64,000 bases of DNA from Minisyncoccia bacterium (GCA_050015375.1 JBEKBN010000005.1:1858-65857); one strand, 5' to 3'; shown: positions 48,508 through 58,580, counted from the stretch's first letter. Notes: a model not told the origin generated them from the letters alone. Translations and numbers: made by a program.

Positions 48508-49482
48508 ATGAAAGTTTATGATTTGATCATTATCGGAGGATCTGCCGCCGCTACCAGCGCCGGCATCTATGCCGCCAGACGCGGCTTGGATTTTTTGATC
48601 CTGACCAAAGAATTCGGCGGGGAAGTCGCGACATCGGGCGAGATCGGCAACTGGCCCGGCGTCAACAAAACCGACGGCATCACATTATCGCGGCAATTCA
48701 AAGAACACCTCAAGTCGTATAAAGTCGAACCCCGGGAAGGCGTCGAAGTGGCGAAGATCACCAAACAAGAAGACGATCTGTTTTGCGTGACCGTTAAGAC
48801 CGATGGCGAGAAAATGGTTTCCGATAAAATGCTTGTCGAGGCCGATGCTGTTCCCAAATGCGATTATGTTTCGAGAACCGTCATTGTAGCCACGGGCGTT
48901 CATCCCCGAACTTTAGGTATTCCCGGCGAAAAAGAATTCCGCAACAAAGGTTTGAGCTATTGCACCGTTTGTGACGGTCCGCTTTTCGCTGGTTTGACGG
49001 CGGCGACCATCGGCGGCGGCAATTCGGCGCTGGAATCGGCCCTGATGCTTTCGGATATTTGCAAAAATGTCATCGTCATCAATAAAAACCATATTTTTAA
49101 AGGCGAAGAGGTGCTGATCAATAACCTCAAAACCAAGAAAAATGTCGAGATCATTTATGACGCGTTAACCACAGAAATCATTGGCAATGAATTCGTTTCT
49201 GGGTTAAAATATATCAAGGACGGTAAGTCGGAAGAGGCAGCGGTCAATGGCGTTTTCGTCCACATTGGCATGACGCCAAACAATAAGCTCGTTCCCGATA
49301 ACGTTGTCAAAAATCAAGTCGGCGAGATCGTAGTCAATCGAAATTGTGAGACCAACATCCCCGGGCTTTACGCCGCCGGCGACGTCACCGATACGCCTTT
49401 CAAGCAAATCATCATTGCCGCCGGTCAGGGGACGATCGCAACATTATCAGCGGTGCAATATTTGAATAAAATAAAAATTTGA
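48508..49482 (+). CDS. trxB: thioredoxin reductase-like FAD/NAD(P) oxidoreductase
   Basis: SYCTVCDG, IGGGNSA, AAGDVT. Confidence 0.85.
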   Translation: MKVYDLIIIGGSAAATSAGIYAARRGLDFLILTKEFGGEVATSGEIGNWPGVNKTDGITLSRQFKEHLKSYKVEPREGVEVAKITKQEDDLFCVTVKTDGEKMVSDKMLVEADAVPKCDYVSRTVIVATGVHPRTLGIPGEKEFRNKGLSYCTVCDGPLFAGLTAATIGGGNSALESALMLSDICKNVIVINKNHIFKGEEVLINNLKTKKNVEIIYDALTTEIIGNEFVSGLKYIKDGKSEEAAVNGVFVHIGMTPNNKLVPDNVVKNQVGEIVVNRNCETNIPGLYAAGDVTDTPFKQIIIAAGQGTIATLSAVQYLNKIKI

Positions 49483-49486
49483 AATT

Positions 49487-49966
49487 ATGACGATCTATAT
49501 CGGTACCGATCATAAAGGTTTCAGAATAAAGGAAAAGGTCAAAGCGTGGCTGACCGACTGGGGTTATGACATCGAGGATGTGGGCGCCCACAGTTTGGAT
49601 CCGGACGACGACTATCCGGATTACGCTTCCCAAGTGGCTGCCAAGGTCTCCGCCGATCCTGGAGAAACCAAGGGCATAATATTGGGCGCTACCGGCGAAG
49701 GCGAAGCCATTGTGGCCAACAAATATAACGGCGTCAGGTGTAGTGTTTATTATGGCGGGCCGGAAGAGATTGTCGCTTTGTCCCGCGACCACAGCGACGC
49801 CAATATCTTTTCCATCGGAGTTCTGTTCTTAGACGAAGAAACTTTGAAAAAAATGATAAAATTGTGGCTTGAGAAACCGTTCAGCGGAATGGAAAGACAC
49901 ATCCGGAGATTGGCGAAGATCAAAGAGATCGAAGCCGAGTTTGGCGAACAACACAAGAAAGCTTAA
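49487..49966 (+). CDS. rpiB: ribose-5-phosphate isomerase B (Glu-type)
   Basis: IGTDHKG, DDYPD, LGATGEGE, ANK, ERHIRR. Confidence 0.85.
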   Translation: MTIYIGTDHKGFRIKEKVKAWLTDWGYDIEDVGAHSLDPDDDYPDYASQVAAKVSADPGETKGIILGATGEGEAIVANKYNGVRCSVYYGGPEEIVALSRDHSDANIFSIGVLFLDEETLKKMIKLWLEKPFSGMERHIRRLAKIKEIEAEFGEQHKKA

Positions 49967-49967
49967 T

Positions 49968-50417
49968 ATGAAAATCTATATCGGAGCGGATCATCGAGGA
50001 TTCGCCCTGAAAGAAAAAATAAAAGTTTGGCTGGCGAATTGGAACTACCAATCAGAAGATGTCGGCGCTTTTGAGCACAATGAAAGCGACGACTACCCGG
50101 ATTTTGCCGAACTGGTCGCTAAAAAAGTCGCCGCCGATGCCGGGAGCAAGGGAATTTTGCTTTGCGGCTCCGATATCGGCGTAACCATTGCCGCCAACAA
50201 AATAAAAGGCATCCGTGCCGGCGGCGCGACCATCGCCGAGCAGATCCAAGCGGCGGTCTATGATGACGATATAAATGTCTTAACGATCGGCGCCGACTAT
50301 CTGAACGAAGAACAGGCCAAAGAAATCGTCAAAATTTTCTTGGAGGCCAAATTTTCCAACGGCCGGAGGTTCGTCAGACGAATTGAAAAGATCAATAATT
50401 TAGAAAAAAATAATTAA
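49968..50417 (+). CDS. rpiB: ribose-5-phosphate isomerase B (Cys-type)
   Basis: IGADHRG, DDYPD, LCGSDIG, ANKIKG; ATG at 49968. Confidence 0.85.
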   Translation: MKIYIGADHRGFALKEKIKVWLANWNYQSEDVGAFEHNESDDYPDFAELVAKKVAADAGSKGILLCGSDIGVTIAANKIKGIRAGGATIAEQIQAAVYDDDINVLTIGADYLNEEQAKEIVKIFLEAKFSNGRRFVRRIEKINNLEKNN

Positions 50418-50428
50418 CTTTTCATAAT

Positions 50429-51400
50429 ATGGCAAAAGTATTTGTGACAAGACCCATTCCCGAAGCCGGAATAAATTTGCTGAAAAGCAAAGGATTTGAG
50501 ATCGTCGTCAACGAAGCGGCGGCTGACCGGGTAGCGACAAAGGAAGAACTGATTGCCGGTGCCGCTGGCGCCGATGCAATACTCTCGGTCCTAACTGATA
50601 ATATTGATGCTGATGTCATAGCGGCGGGATTACCGGCATTGAAGATCGTGGCCAATTTCGCCGTCGGCTATGATAATGTTGATGTCAAAACCGCCAAAGA
50701 AAAAAATATTTTTGTGACCAACACGCCCGGCGTTCTGACCGAAACGGTGGCCGAACATACCTTCGGTCTTTTAATGGCCATCAGCCGGCGGATCCCGGAA
50801 GGGGACAAGTTTGCCCGCGCCGGCAAATATACCGCTTGGGGACCGAAACTGCTTTTGGGCACTGACATGGCCGGGAAAACCCTCGGCATTATCGGTCTTG
50901 GCAGGATCGGCTCGCGGGTCGCCCATTTTGCCATCAGGGCTTTGGAGATGAAGGTCATTTACACCGATACCAAACCCAATCCTGAATTTGAAAAAGAATA
51001 CGGAGCAGTTTTCGCGCCGACAGTTGATGCGCTTTTACCTCAAGCCGACTTTGTTTCCATTCATGTCCCTATGCTTGAATCAACAAGGCACCTGATGAAC
51101 GAAGCCAGATTTAAACTAATGAAAAAGTCGGCTTATCTAATCAATACCGCCCGCGGACCGATCGTGGACGAACTTGCTTTGGCGGCCGCTCTGAAAAATG
51201 GCACCATCAAAGGCGCGGCGATCGATGTTTTCGAATTCGAACCGAAAATTTCGCCCGAATTGATCGCTTTGGATAATATCGTCATGACTCCCCACACGGC
51301 CTCGGCCTCGGAAGAAACCAGAGATAAAATGGCGATCATGGCCGCGACAAATATAATAGAAGTTTTGGAGGGCCGAAACCCGCCAAATCCAGTTCAATGA
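50429..51400 (+). CDS. D-2-hydroxyacid dehydrogenase (glyoxylate reductase/D-glycerate dehydrogenase type)
   Basis: AVGYDNVD, GLGRIG, INTARG, DVFEFEP, TPH. Confidence 0.92.
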   Translation: MAKVFVTRPIPEAGINLLKSKGFEIVVNEAAADRVATKEELIAGAAGADAILSVLTDNIDADVIAAGLPALKIVANFAVGYDNVDVKTAKEKNIFVTNTPGVLTETVAEHTFGLLMAISRRIPEGDKFARAGKYTAWGPKLLLGTDMAGKTLGIIGLGRIGSRVAHFAIRALEMKVIYTDTKPNPEFEKEYGAVFAPTVDALLPQADFVSIHVPMLESTRHLMNEARFKLMKKSAYLINTARGPIVDELALAAALKNGTIKGAAIDVFEFEPKISPELIALDNIVMTPHTASASEETRDKMAIMAATNIIEVLEGRNPPNPVQ

Positions 51401-52032
51401 GCGTTGAAATAATTCCGTCAATTTTGGTCAAAACCAAAGAAGAGTTCCTGGACAAAGTTATCACGATTGAACCTTACGCCGATCAGGCGCACATTGACGT
51501 TGCCGACGGGATATTCGTGCCCAACATGACCATTGACGGGGTTGAAGAGCTGGAAGAAGTCGAATCAAGTTTGCGATTTGGCGTCCATTTGATGGTTTCC
51601 AAACCGGAAAATCACATCCATCGCTGGCTCCAAACCCAAGTTGAGAGAATAGTTTTTCATATCGAGGCCACTAAAAAATCCCGAGAGATAATTGACGCCG
51701 CCAAGGAAGGCGAAAAATTGATCGGTATCGCTTTGAATCCCAAAACGCCGGTTTCCGAGATCGAACCTTTTGTTGATTCGGTTGATTTCGTTCATTTCAT
51801 GACCGTTGAGCCGGGTTTCAACGGCGGCGCGTTCGTGGACAGCGTCATTGATAAAATTTCCGATTTTCATTATTTCTATCCCGACAAGGAAATTGAAGTT
51901 GATGGCGGGGTGACGCCTGAGACCGCGCCGCGACTCATCGCCGTCGGCGCGACGCTTTTAGTCGTCGGAAGTTATATTTGGCAAAATCACGATGCCGGAA
52001 AAGCGATTGAAAATTTAAAAAATTTGATTTGA
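51397..52032 (+). CDS. rpe: ribulose-phosphate 3-epimerase
   Basis: HIDVADGIFVPN, HLMV, MTVEPGF, VDGG. Confidence 0.92.
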   Translation: MSVEIIPSILVKTKEEFLDKVITIEPYADQAHIDVADGIFVPNMTIDGVEELEEVESSLRFGVHLMVSKPENHIHRWLQTQVERIVFHIEATKKSREIIDAAKEGEKLIGIALNPKTPVSEIEPFVDSVDFVHFMTVEPGFNGGAFVDSVIDKISDFHYFYPDKEIEVDGGVTPETAPRLIAVGATLLVVGSYIWQNHDAGKAIENLKNLI

Positions 52033-52034
52033 TC

Positions 52035-53018
52035 ATGCCCCATAAATTTGATGTCATCTCCCTCGGTTCCTCGACTCGCGATGTCCTCTTGAAAAGCGGT
52101 TACTTTGAGACGCGCAAACATGGCGATTCACCGACGGGAGTGGAGCAGTGTTTTCCTTTGGGTACGAAACTGGAGATCAAAGAGATATATTTTACCACTG
52201 GCGGCGGCGGACACAACGCGGCGGTGACATTTGCCCGGCAAGGTTTCAAAACGGCTTGCGTTGGCGTCATCGGCGACGATATCACCGGTCAGGAAATAAT
52301 CTGGGAATTGAAAAAAGAAGGCGTCAACGCCGACATGTTCCAGAAACATGCCGAAGGCCATTCGGCCTACTCGATAATCATGGTTCATCCGAACGGCGAG
52401 CGGACAATTTTGAGTTACAAAGGCGAGGGCCAGCATTTCGATGTCAAAAAAATTCCTTTGGAAAAAATGGATTCGGAATGGCTGTATCTGGATTCAATGG
52501 GCGGCCATTACGACTTGATGTGGTCGGTGGTCAATCACGCCGTCAAGAACGGGATCAAGATCGCTTTCAATCCCGGCGGCAAAGAACTCGAGCACGGACT
52601 GGAAAGATTGAAACCAATTTTGCGCCACATTGATGTTTATCTCACAAACAAAGAAGAAGGCGCTGAGTTACTGAAAGTCAAATCCCAGAATTGGGGGATC
52701 GTTTTGGAAAAATTGTCGAAACTCGTGAAAGGCGTAGCCATCGTTTCGGACGGCCACAACGGAGTTCGGGTATCGGACAAAAGAAATATTTACAGCGCCG
52801 GCGTGCCCGATTCGCCGGTCATTGAGAGAACCGGCGCCGGAGATGCGTTCGGTTCGGGATTCGTCAGTGAGTTCATGCGGGTGGGAAATATTACCAAGGC
52901 CATTCAATTCGCGACGGCCAACGCTTCATCGGTAGTGACGAAATTCGGGGCCAAGGCGGGGATTCTCAAAAAAGGGGATTGGGGACCGTGGAAGCTGGTT
53001 GAGGTCAGCAAAAAGTAG
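52035..53018 (+). CDS. PfkB family carbohydrate kinase
   Basis: GGGGHNAA, RTGAGDAFGSG. Confidence 0.92.
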   Translation: MPHKFDVISLGSSTRDVLLKSGYFETRKHGDSPTGVEQCFPLGTKLEIKEIYFTTGGGGHNAAVTFARQGFKTACVGVIGDDITGQEIIWELKKEGVNADMFQKHAEGHSAYSIIMVHPNGERTILSYKGEGQHFDVKKIPLEKMDSEWLYLDSMGGHYDLMWSVVNHAVKNGIKIAFNPGGKELEHGLERLKPILRHIDVYLTNKEEGAELLKVKSQNWGIVLEKLSKLVKGVAIVSDGHNGVRVSDKRNIYSAGVPDSPVIERTGAGDAFGSGFVSEFMRVGNITKAIQFATANASSVVTKFGAKAGILKKGDWGPWKLVEVSKK

Positions 53019-53024
53019 TTAATT

Positions 53025-53213
53025 AAAATCCCGGACCAGGCTCACCGGATTGCTTTCCGGGGACTTAGGAAATCCCAGCGAGATTTCCGTCATCCGGTTG
53101 TCGGTTGCCGTCGCTGATTGACGGCTTTTTGATTTCACAAAAAGCCGTCAATCAGACCCTGCCGACGGCACCGACAACGACCCCTGAAAGCAATCCGGTT
53201 CGCAGGGATTTTC
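53025..53213 (+). repeat. structured repeat family C, copy 2 (after pfkB)
   Basis: Nearly identical to 40460-40648. Confidence 0.85.
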
Positions 53214-53239
53214 AATTAACTACTTTTTGCTGTTGTATT

Positions 53240-54050
53240 CGGTTGGTTAAAACAAAAGACCCCTGTCCAAATGGATCAGAGGCCGGAACCCTACAGAAGC
53301 CGTTCGGTTATTTCAGCTTCTTTGCCTTTTGTTTGTCGGCAGGTTCGGATTATGTATGATGTGAGTCCCATTTTACTCCACGGGTTTCTCACGATGTCTG
53401 CCAACCGAAAGGTCAGGCACCTGAAGGATTTTCACCTTCTAAAGATCTATGATTGCGGGCCCGCCTGCCGCAGATCGGGAAACCCGACAAAAACTGCGGC
53501 AGGACAGGTAAATGGGAACATTTGTTCGCATTGGGAGGCGAACCTTCCGGAGTTCCCGACCCGGAAATGACACGAACAATGATGAACCAGTGGGCGACCG
53601 CTCCAAAAAATGGGTGGCCCGTCATCATCTGATGTTCGTGCCGGTGGTGCGAGTTACACCAGATTGTGGGTGACCCGATTGAACGGGAACCCTATGTCCA
53701 AGCGTAACTCGCGCCGGTGTACGGGAGCTACCGATACATTGAGTGGCTACTTCGTGCCTTTTTTTACGAAGTGCCTGCACTGATAACTCTCGCACAAGTC
53801 GGTCTTGCCGTGGAGAAGGCCAGGGCGCCGGTCGTCAGGAACTCTTCATTTTCAAAGAAATGGAAAGGGTCAAAACCTTCATAGGCGTATTCCTCGCTAT
53901 GCTAGCGGAAAAAGGGGTGGGCACGGCTGTGCGCCACCACGGTTTCAGAGAAAAACACTGATGTGATAAGTTGGGTCTGGCATTTATGCGGGTGGGAAGC
54001 GCGCCAGACCCTATTTGCGGGGTAGTCCCGGCCCACCACATCTCCCAAAA
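53240..54050 (+). ncRNA. candidate large structured ncRNA
   Basis: No credible ORF; more than 12 hairpins; non-Watson-Crick pairs are mostly G-U on the + strand; boundaries approximate. Confidence 0.45.
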
Positions 54051-54101
54051 CATATTTAATTGTTAATGTATCCAGTATAGCACAACCATATATCCTGTCA
54101 A

Positions 54102-54129
54102 CCCCCACACTCAAATTTGAGTGTGGGGG
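54102..54129. repeat. family B palindrome
   Basis: CCCCCACACTCAAATTTGAGTGTGGGGG. Confidence 0.8.
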
Positions 54130-54269
54130 TTAAGTCCTGAAAGGTAGATTGTGTCAATATCATCAAAAAACCGTGAAAAATAAGGGTTTTTGAGGAGTGA
54201 CTAGCGGTGCGGCGGCATCGCCGCCGCGCCGCTGGCTTGTTTATTCTTTTTTTGATAAAATTACGTCAT

Positions 54270-55499
54270 ATGTCGCAATCACATGAGAAATTAGCCAAAA
54301 TCTTGCGGGTTGAGCCGCAGGTTTTAGTTGATTTGGAGAAAAAAATGATTGAGATTTGCGGCCACGACAGTGTTGTCGAGCGGATTATGGGCCAGAACGA
54401 AGCTCGCATTGATCAGACATTGTTGAAGTTCGGTTTGGATAGAAAATCCAGCGCCGAGGACGTTTATGCCACACTTGTGGGCAACCTAAAAGAGCTTGAC
54501 GCAAAACTTTATGACTATCTTGACCAGCCGAAACTCGGGGGTATGAGCGAGAACATCGGCAAACTCGGCGAAGTGGCTTTGCGCTTGAGCCATCCCTCGA
54601 CCGGATTTTTCATCAAAAGAGAAAAAGCCGTTGAAATGCTCGAAAAATTCCCGCCGGAGAATATTTTGAAATTCTTTGGCTATCAGACCGTGGCCGAACT
54701 TGTTAAAAAAGAAGGTTTCTCATCCGTTTTCAGCGCTTTGCGTTTTGCCCAGGACCAGAAATGGATGCACAAGTTTTTTGACGAGGCATATTCCGATCTG
54801 AAAGCCGATGATTTCGAAGAAAGAAACGTCGAGATAAAAGTTCTCGACACCAAATGGCTTAAAGTTGCCGAAAAATTTCTTGAGAAAAAATATCACAACC
54901 TCAGCCACCTCAAAGAATTCGGCGTCATCTTCATAATTCCGCTTGAGATCGATACTGACGGGGAAATGATGCGAGTTTTCACCCTGCTTTTGCACTATTT
55001 GAACGAAGTTCCGTTCTATTCCAAACTTTTCCGCAAATATTCTCATGACGCGGATTTTCCCGACAAACTAAAATCGCTTTTGCGCGGCGATGTGCCGGAA
55101 GATAAAAACGACGACATCGGCGCCAAATGGCGGATCGTCCAGCGCTATCTCGCCAAAGACGACGTTGATGATTTCCGATTGCTTGAACCTCATGTCAATC
55201 CCGAAGCCGAGCATTGGTTCAAAGCCGCTGGAAATCTGTCAGGTTTGGATTTTTTGGGCAACTGGCAGGACTTAGATTTCGTCGGCGACTTTTTCCCATC
55301 AAAAGGCGGCGGCGATTTGCTTGTAAGTTTTGATTTGATCGATCTGGTGATGTCATTGGTCAAAAAGGGTGAGATAAAATATTTATATCATCAGGAAGAG
55401 GCGCTGTGGAACAAAATATTTCTAGAATATGTCGGCCGCGACCGGATGAATGAGTTGATCGAGGAAAATCTCATCAGTGGATATATAAATTTAAAATGA
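54270..55499 (+). CDS. hypothetical protein
   Basis: About 409 aa, overlaps the fba start; ATG at 54270. Confidence 0.75.
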   Translation: MSQSHEKLAKILRVEPQVLVDLEKKMIEICGHDSVVERIMGQNEARIDQTLLKFGLDRKSSAEDVYATLVGNLKELDAKLYDYLDQPKLGGMSENIGKLGEVALRLSHPSTGFFIKREKAVEMLEKFPPENILKFFGYQTVAELVKKEGFSSVFSALRFAQDQKWMHKFFDEAYSDLKADDFEERNVEIKVLDTKWLKVAEKFLEKKYHNLSHLKEFGVIFIIPLEIDTDGEMMRVFTLLLHYLNEVPFYSKLFRKYSHDADFPDKLKSLLRGDVPEDKNDDIGAKWRIVQRYLAKDDVDDFRLLEPHVNPEAEHWFKAAGNLSGLDFLGNWQDLDFVGDFFPSKGGGDLLVSFDLIDLVMSLVKKGEIKYLYHQEEALWNKIFLEYVGRDRMNELIEENLISGYINLK

Positions 55500-56356
55500 A
55501 AAAATTAAACGAATATTTTCAAAAGGCAAAGGCGGAAAAGTGGGCAATCGGTCATTTTAATTTTTCGACCGAGGACCAATTGAAAGCATTCGTCGAGGCG
55601 GCGGCGGAATTAAAATCTCCAATCATGGTGGCGGTTTCGGAAGGCGAGGCCAAGTATTTCGGACGGCCGCAAGCGGCGGCGCTGGTGAAATCATTTCAGG
55701 AAACCGGCAATCCCGTCTATCTCAACGCCGATCATCACAAGTCATGGGAGACGATCAAAGATGCCATTGATGCCGGGTTTGACACGGTTTTGTTCGACGG
55801 GTCAAAATTGCCATATGAAGAAAATATCGCTTTGACCAAAAAGGTCGTCACCTACGCCAAGAAAAAAGATTCGGACATGATGGTGGAAGGGGAGCTGGGT
55901 TATCTTCGGGGCGATTCTCAAATTCAGGAAAATGTCGAGATAAGCCCGGCGGATTACACTCAACCGGAACAAGCTACGGACTTCGTTAAAAAAACCGGCG
56001 TTGACCGGCTGGCGATTGTTTTTGGCAACATCCATGGCATTGTTACCAAACAAGAAGAACATCTCGATATCGGTTTATTAAAAAAAATCGTGACAGCGGT
56101 ACCGGATGTCTATCTGGTTTTGCATGGCGCGTCAGGTTTGCCGCCGGTGGAAATCAAAGAAGCCATCGCCAACGGCATTACCAATGTCCACATCAATACC
56201 GAACTTCGGGTGGCATATATTGACGCGTTGAAAGAAGCCATTCAAAAAGATCCGAAACAAACCACGCCCTACAAAGTTTTCGGCGATTCTTACGAAGCCA
56301 CAAAAAAAGCCATCAGAGAAAAACTGGAACTCTTCGGGTCAGTCGCAGGGATCTGA
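55496..56356 (+). CDS. fba: class II fructose-bisphosphate aldolase
   Basis: NADH, VEGELG, GNIHG, LVLHGASG, NINTE-like motif. Confidence 0.93.
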   Translation: MKKLNEYFQKAKAEKWAIGHFNFSTEDQLKAFVEAAAELKSPIMVAVSEGEAKYFGRPQAAALVKSFQETGNPVYLNADHHKSWETIKDAIDAGFDTVLFDGSKLPYEENIALTKKVVTYAKKKDSDMMVEGELGYLRGDSQIQENVEISPADYTQPEQATDFVKKTGVDRLAIVFGNIHGIVTKQEEHLDIGLLKKIVTAVPDVYLVLHGASGLPPVEIKEAIANGITNVHINTELRVAYIDALKEAIQKDPKQTTPYKVFGDSYEATKKAIREKLELFGSVAGI

Positions 56357-56615
56357 CGCGAACCCCTTTTGATATTTCCGAACCTCCATCTCTATTTTCC
56401 GGCTAGCTTCGGCGATTGCCTCTCTGATCACCACTCCATTTCCCAGCGAGAAATGTCGTTCGCTCAAAAGCGTGGATTTTGCTCGCAGTGGCTCACGCCG
56501 ATATTATACTGCTCGCAAACCGTGCAATCCACCCTTTTGAGCGTGCTCCGAGAGGCAATCACCTCGCCTGATCGCTGGAATATTATTGAAGTCCGGAAAT
56601 GATGCGGGCCTGCCT
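56357..56615 (+). repeat. structured repeat family C, copy after fba
   Basis: ATTTC-CCAGCGA-GAAAT hairpin; core of about 90 bp matches reverse complement of about 62696-62786. Confidence 0.8.
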
Positions 56616-56690
56616 AAATCTTCTCAACTGACACCGCCGAGTTTGCAGGTGAGCGGCTTAGACACAAAAAAGCCACCCATTCGGATGGCG

Positions 56691-56969
56691 TTACGACCGG
56701 GATTCAAGATCGCCCAATAATCTAGAAATCTCATCGTCTAATCCAAAGCCTATGTAAGGTTCTTTGACCCTTATTTTAGCTAGCCGAATAATTACCCCCT
56801 GTAAATCATTTTCGGGTATTGTCATTTCTCGCATCACATGAATGAGGGTTCGGGTCGTATGCTGAATAGTGATGTGATTGATACGATTACTGGTTAGGGA
56901 CAGGTTATGCATTATTCTTGAAACAATAACCTCGTGAGGCGATTTTTTCTCATATATTATATTCGGCAT
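56691..56969 (-). CDS. hypothetical protein
   Basis: GAGG RBS; motif similarity to 41277 and 43992 products. Confidence 0.6.
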   Translation of the reverse strand: MPNIIYEKKSPHEVIVSRIMHNLSLTSNRINHITIQHTTRTLIHVMREMTIPENDLQGVIIRLAKIRVKEPYIGFGLDDEISRLLGDLESRS

Positions 56970-57080
56970 GATTTCCTCATTTAGATTAAAGAACTGGCGA
57001 CATCATCGTCGCAAATACTTTATATGCCAAACCCGAAAAAAATACAAGAAGGCGATACGGATGTTTAGGAATGCGGATGA

Positions 57081-57299
57081 ACGAAGCCGATTAATCCCTG
57101 CGAACCCTGGTTCCTTTGGAGGGCACTGCCAGTCCCGTCGAGCAAGGTTTTTCTTGAGCTGTAATCAGCAAAAGAAAATCGACGGGATCTGGCAATGAGC
57201 GGAGATTTCGAAAGACAAAGACCTCGCAGGGGTCATAGAGTCGAAGCGTCCCGACAAAGGGACTAGGGTGAGCCCAGGTCGGGGATTGATCGGCTCGCG
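57081..57299 (-). repeat. structured repeat family C, copy after ychF
   Basis: Minus strand AATCCCCGACCTGGGCTC...GACC-CCTGCGA-GGTC...GGTTCGCAGGGATT. Confidence 0.75.
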
Positions 57300-58265
57300 C
57301 TAGATCTTGATTTCCACCACATCCCCGTCCTGGATGAGATAATCCTTGCCGACGGTGTGGATTTTGCCGTGGGTTTTGGCGGCAGACCAGGAGCTGGCGG
57401 CCAGAAGTTCGCGCCAATTGATTACATCGGCGCGGATGAATTTTTGCTCAAAATCAGTGTGAATGGCCCGGGCGGCACGGGGGATGAAGTCGCCGCGCTT
57501 CGCCGTCCAGGCTCGGGTCTCGTCTTCGCCGGTGGTCAGGAAAGTAACGAGATCCAATGTCTCATAGGATTTTTTTATCAACGAGTCAAGTCCGCTTTGA
57601 CTAATTTCCAATTCCTCCATGAATAACGCTTGCTCATCGGGCGCGGATTCCGAAAGCGTCAGTTCGAATGTTCCGCACAGAATGACGAACTCGTCTTTTC
57701 CAACCGCTCCCAATATTTTTTCATCCGGCCGCCACTTATTTTTTATCTGTTCTTCGGAAGCGTTGAAAACATAAATGATCTTTTTATCGGTCAAAAGGTC
57801 AAGTTTCGGCAGTTCCTCTTTGCCTTTCTTTTTCGCGTCTCGTTTTTCTTTTGTCTCCAGATCGGCGAGCGCCAACTCGGTATTGATAACTCCGATATCA
57901 TTGGCTGGATCTATTTTCTTATGAACATGGAGTATTTTTTCATTTTCAAAAACTCGGACGACTTCGGCAATGGCATCCACTTCGCGGATGTTGGCCAGAA
58001 ATTTATTACCTAGACCTTCGCCTTGAGCCGCGCCTTTGACCAGGCCGGCAATGTCAATGAATTCTATCGCCGTCGGAATTATCTTCGCCGAATGAGACAT
58101 CTTGGCCAATAAATCCAACCGTTCGTCTGGGACGGCAACAACGCCCACATTCGGATCAATGGTTGTGAAAGGATAGTTCTGGATATCAACTTGTTTTTTC
58201 GTCAGGGCCTTGAAAAGCGTTGACTTTCCCACATTTGGTAGGCCCACGATGCCGATAGAGAGCAT
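57300..58265 (-). CDS. ychF: ribosome-binding ATPase YchF
   Basis: [39 protein letters not shown]. Confidence 0.96.
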   Translation of the reverse strand: MLSIGIVGLPNVGKSTLFKALTKKQVDIQNYPFTTIDPNVGVVAVPDERLDLLAKMSHSAKIIPTAIEFIDIAGLVKGAAQGEGLGNKFLANIREVDAIAEVVRVFENEKILHVHKKIDPANDIGVINTELALADLETKEKRDAKKKGKEELPKLDLLTDKKIIYVFNASEEQIKNKWRPDEKILGAVGKDEFVILCGTFELTLSESAPDEQALFMEELEISQSGLDSLIKKSYETLDLVTFLTTGEDETRAWTAKRGDFIPRAARAIHTDFEQKFIRADVINWRELLAASSWSAAKTHGKIHTVGKDYLIQDGDVVEIKI

Positions 58266-58317
58266 GTTTATAAGTGGTTATTGATTATGTTTTCAATGGA
58301 TGATATCATGAAAATAT

Positions 58318-58580
58318 GAGTGGCGTGGGTGTTAACCTGTGCCATTCCGGAGTAGGTAGTACCTTTTCTTGAGTGGACAGTTCTGACGGCGAAAGGTAGG
58401 GTAGCTTATGAATGTACGCACTTTGCTAAACACTCTATTTCACAGTGGTTTAGCTTCGAATACGGTGGAGACGATCGCCTAAGCATATAACGAGCGGCCT
58501 CGAGCCCTTTAGGTGATTTGCTCTCATTGTCCGCACGCCGGCCCTTCAATATTCGGTGTGCGGCCCGCTATCATTTGTTC
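58318..58580 (+). ncRNA. candidate structured ncRNA, tandem copy 1
   Basis: Own TTGATT-17-TATCAT promoter; blocks conserved with copy 2. Confidence 0.6.

Noticed and set aside
40540-53359. Duplicated small ORFs beginning MPSLIDGFLISQKAVNQ (40540, 53105)
   Set aside because: They are translations of the palindromic family C repeat, with TTG starts and no RBS
54015-54040. tmRNA/tRNA-like 3' end (CGGGGTAGTCCCGGCCCACCA)
   Set aside because: No canonical T-loop, no matching 5' acceptor strand and no tag-peptide frame found
53271-54114. Short ORFs (70-99 aa) in the structured region
   Set aside because: Overlapping, atypical composition and no motifs; 53835-54053 follows a promoter and cannot be fully excluded
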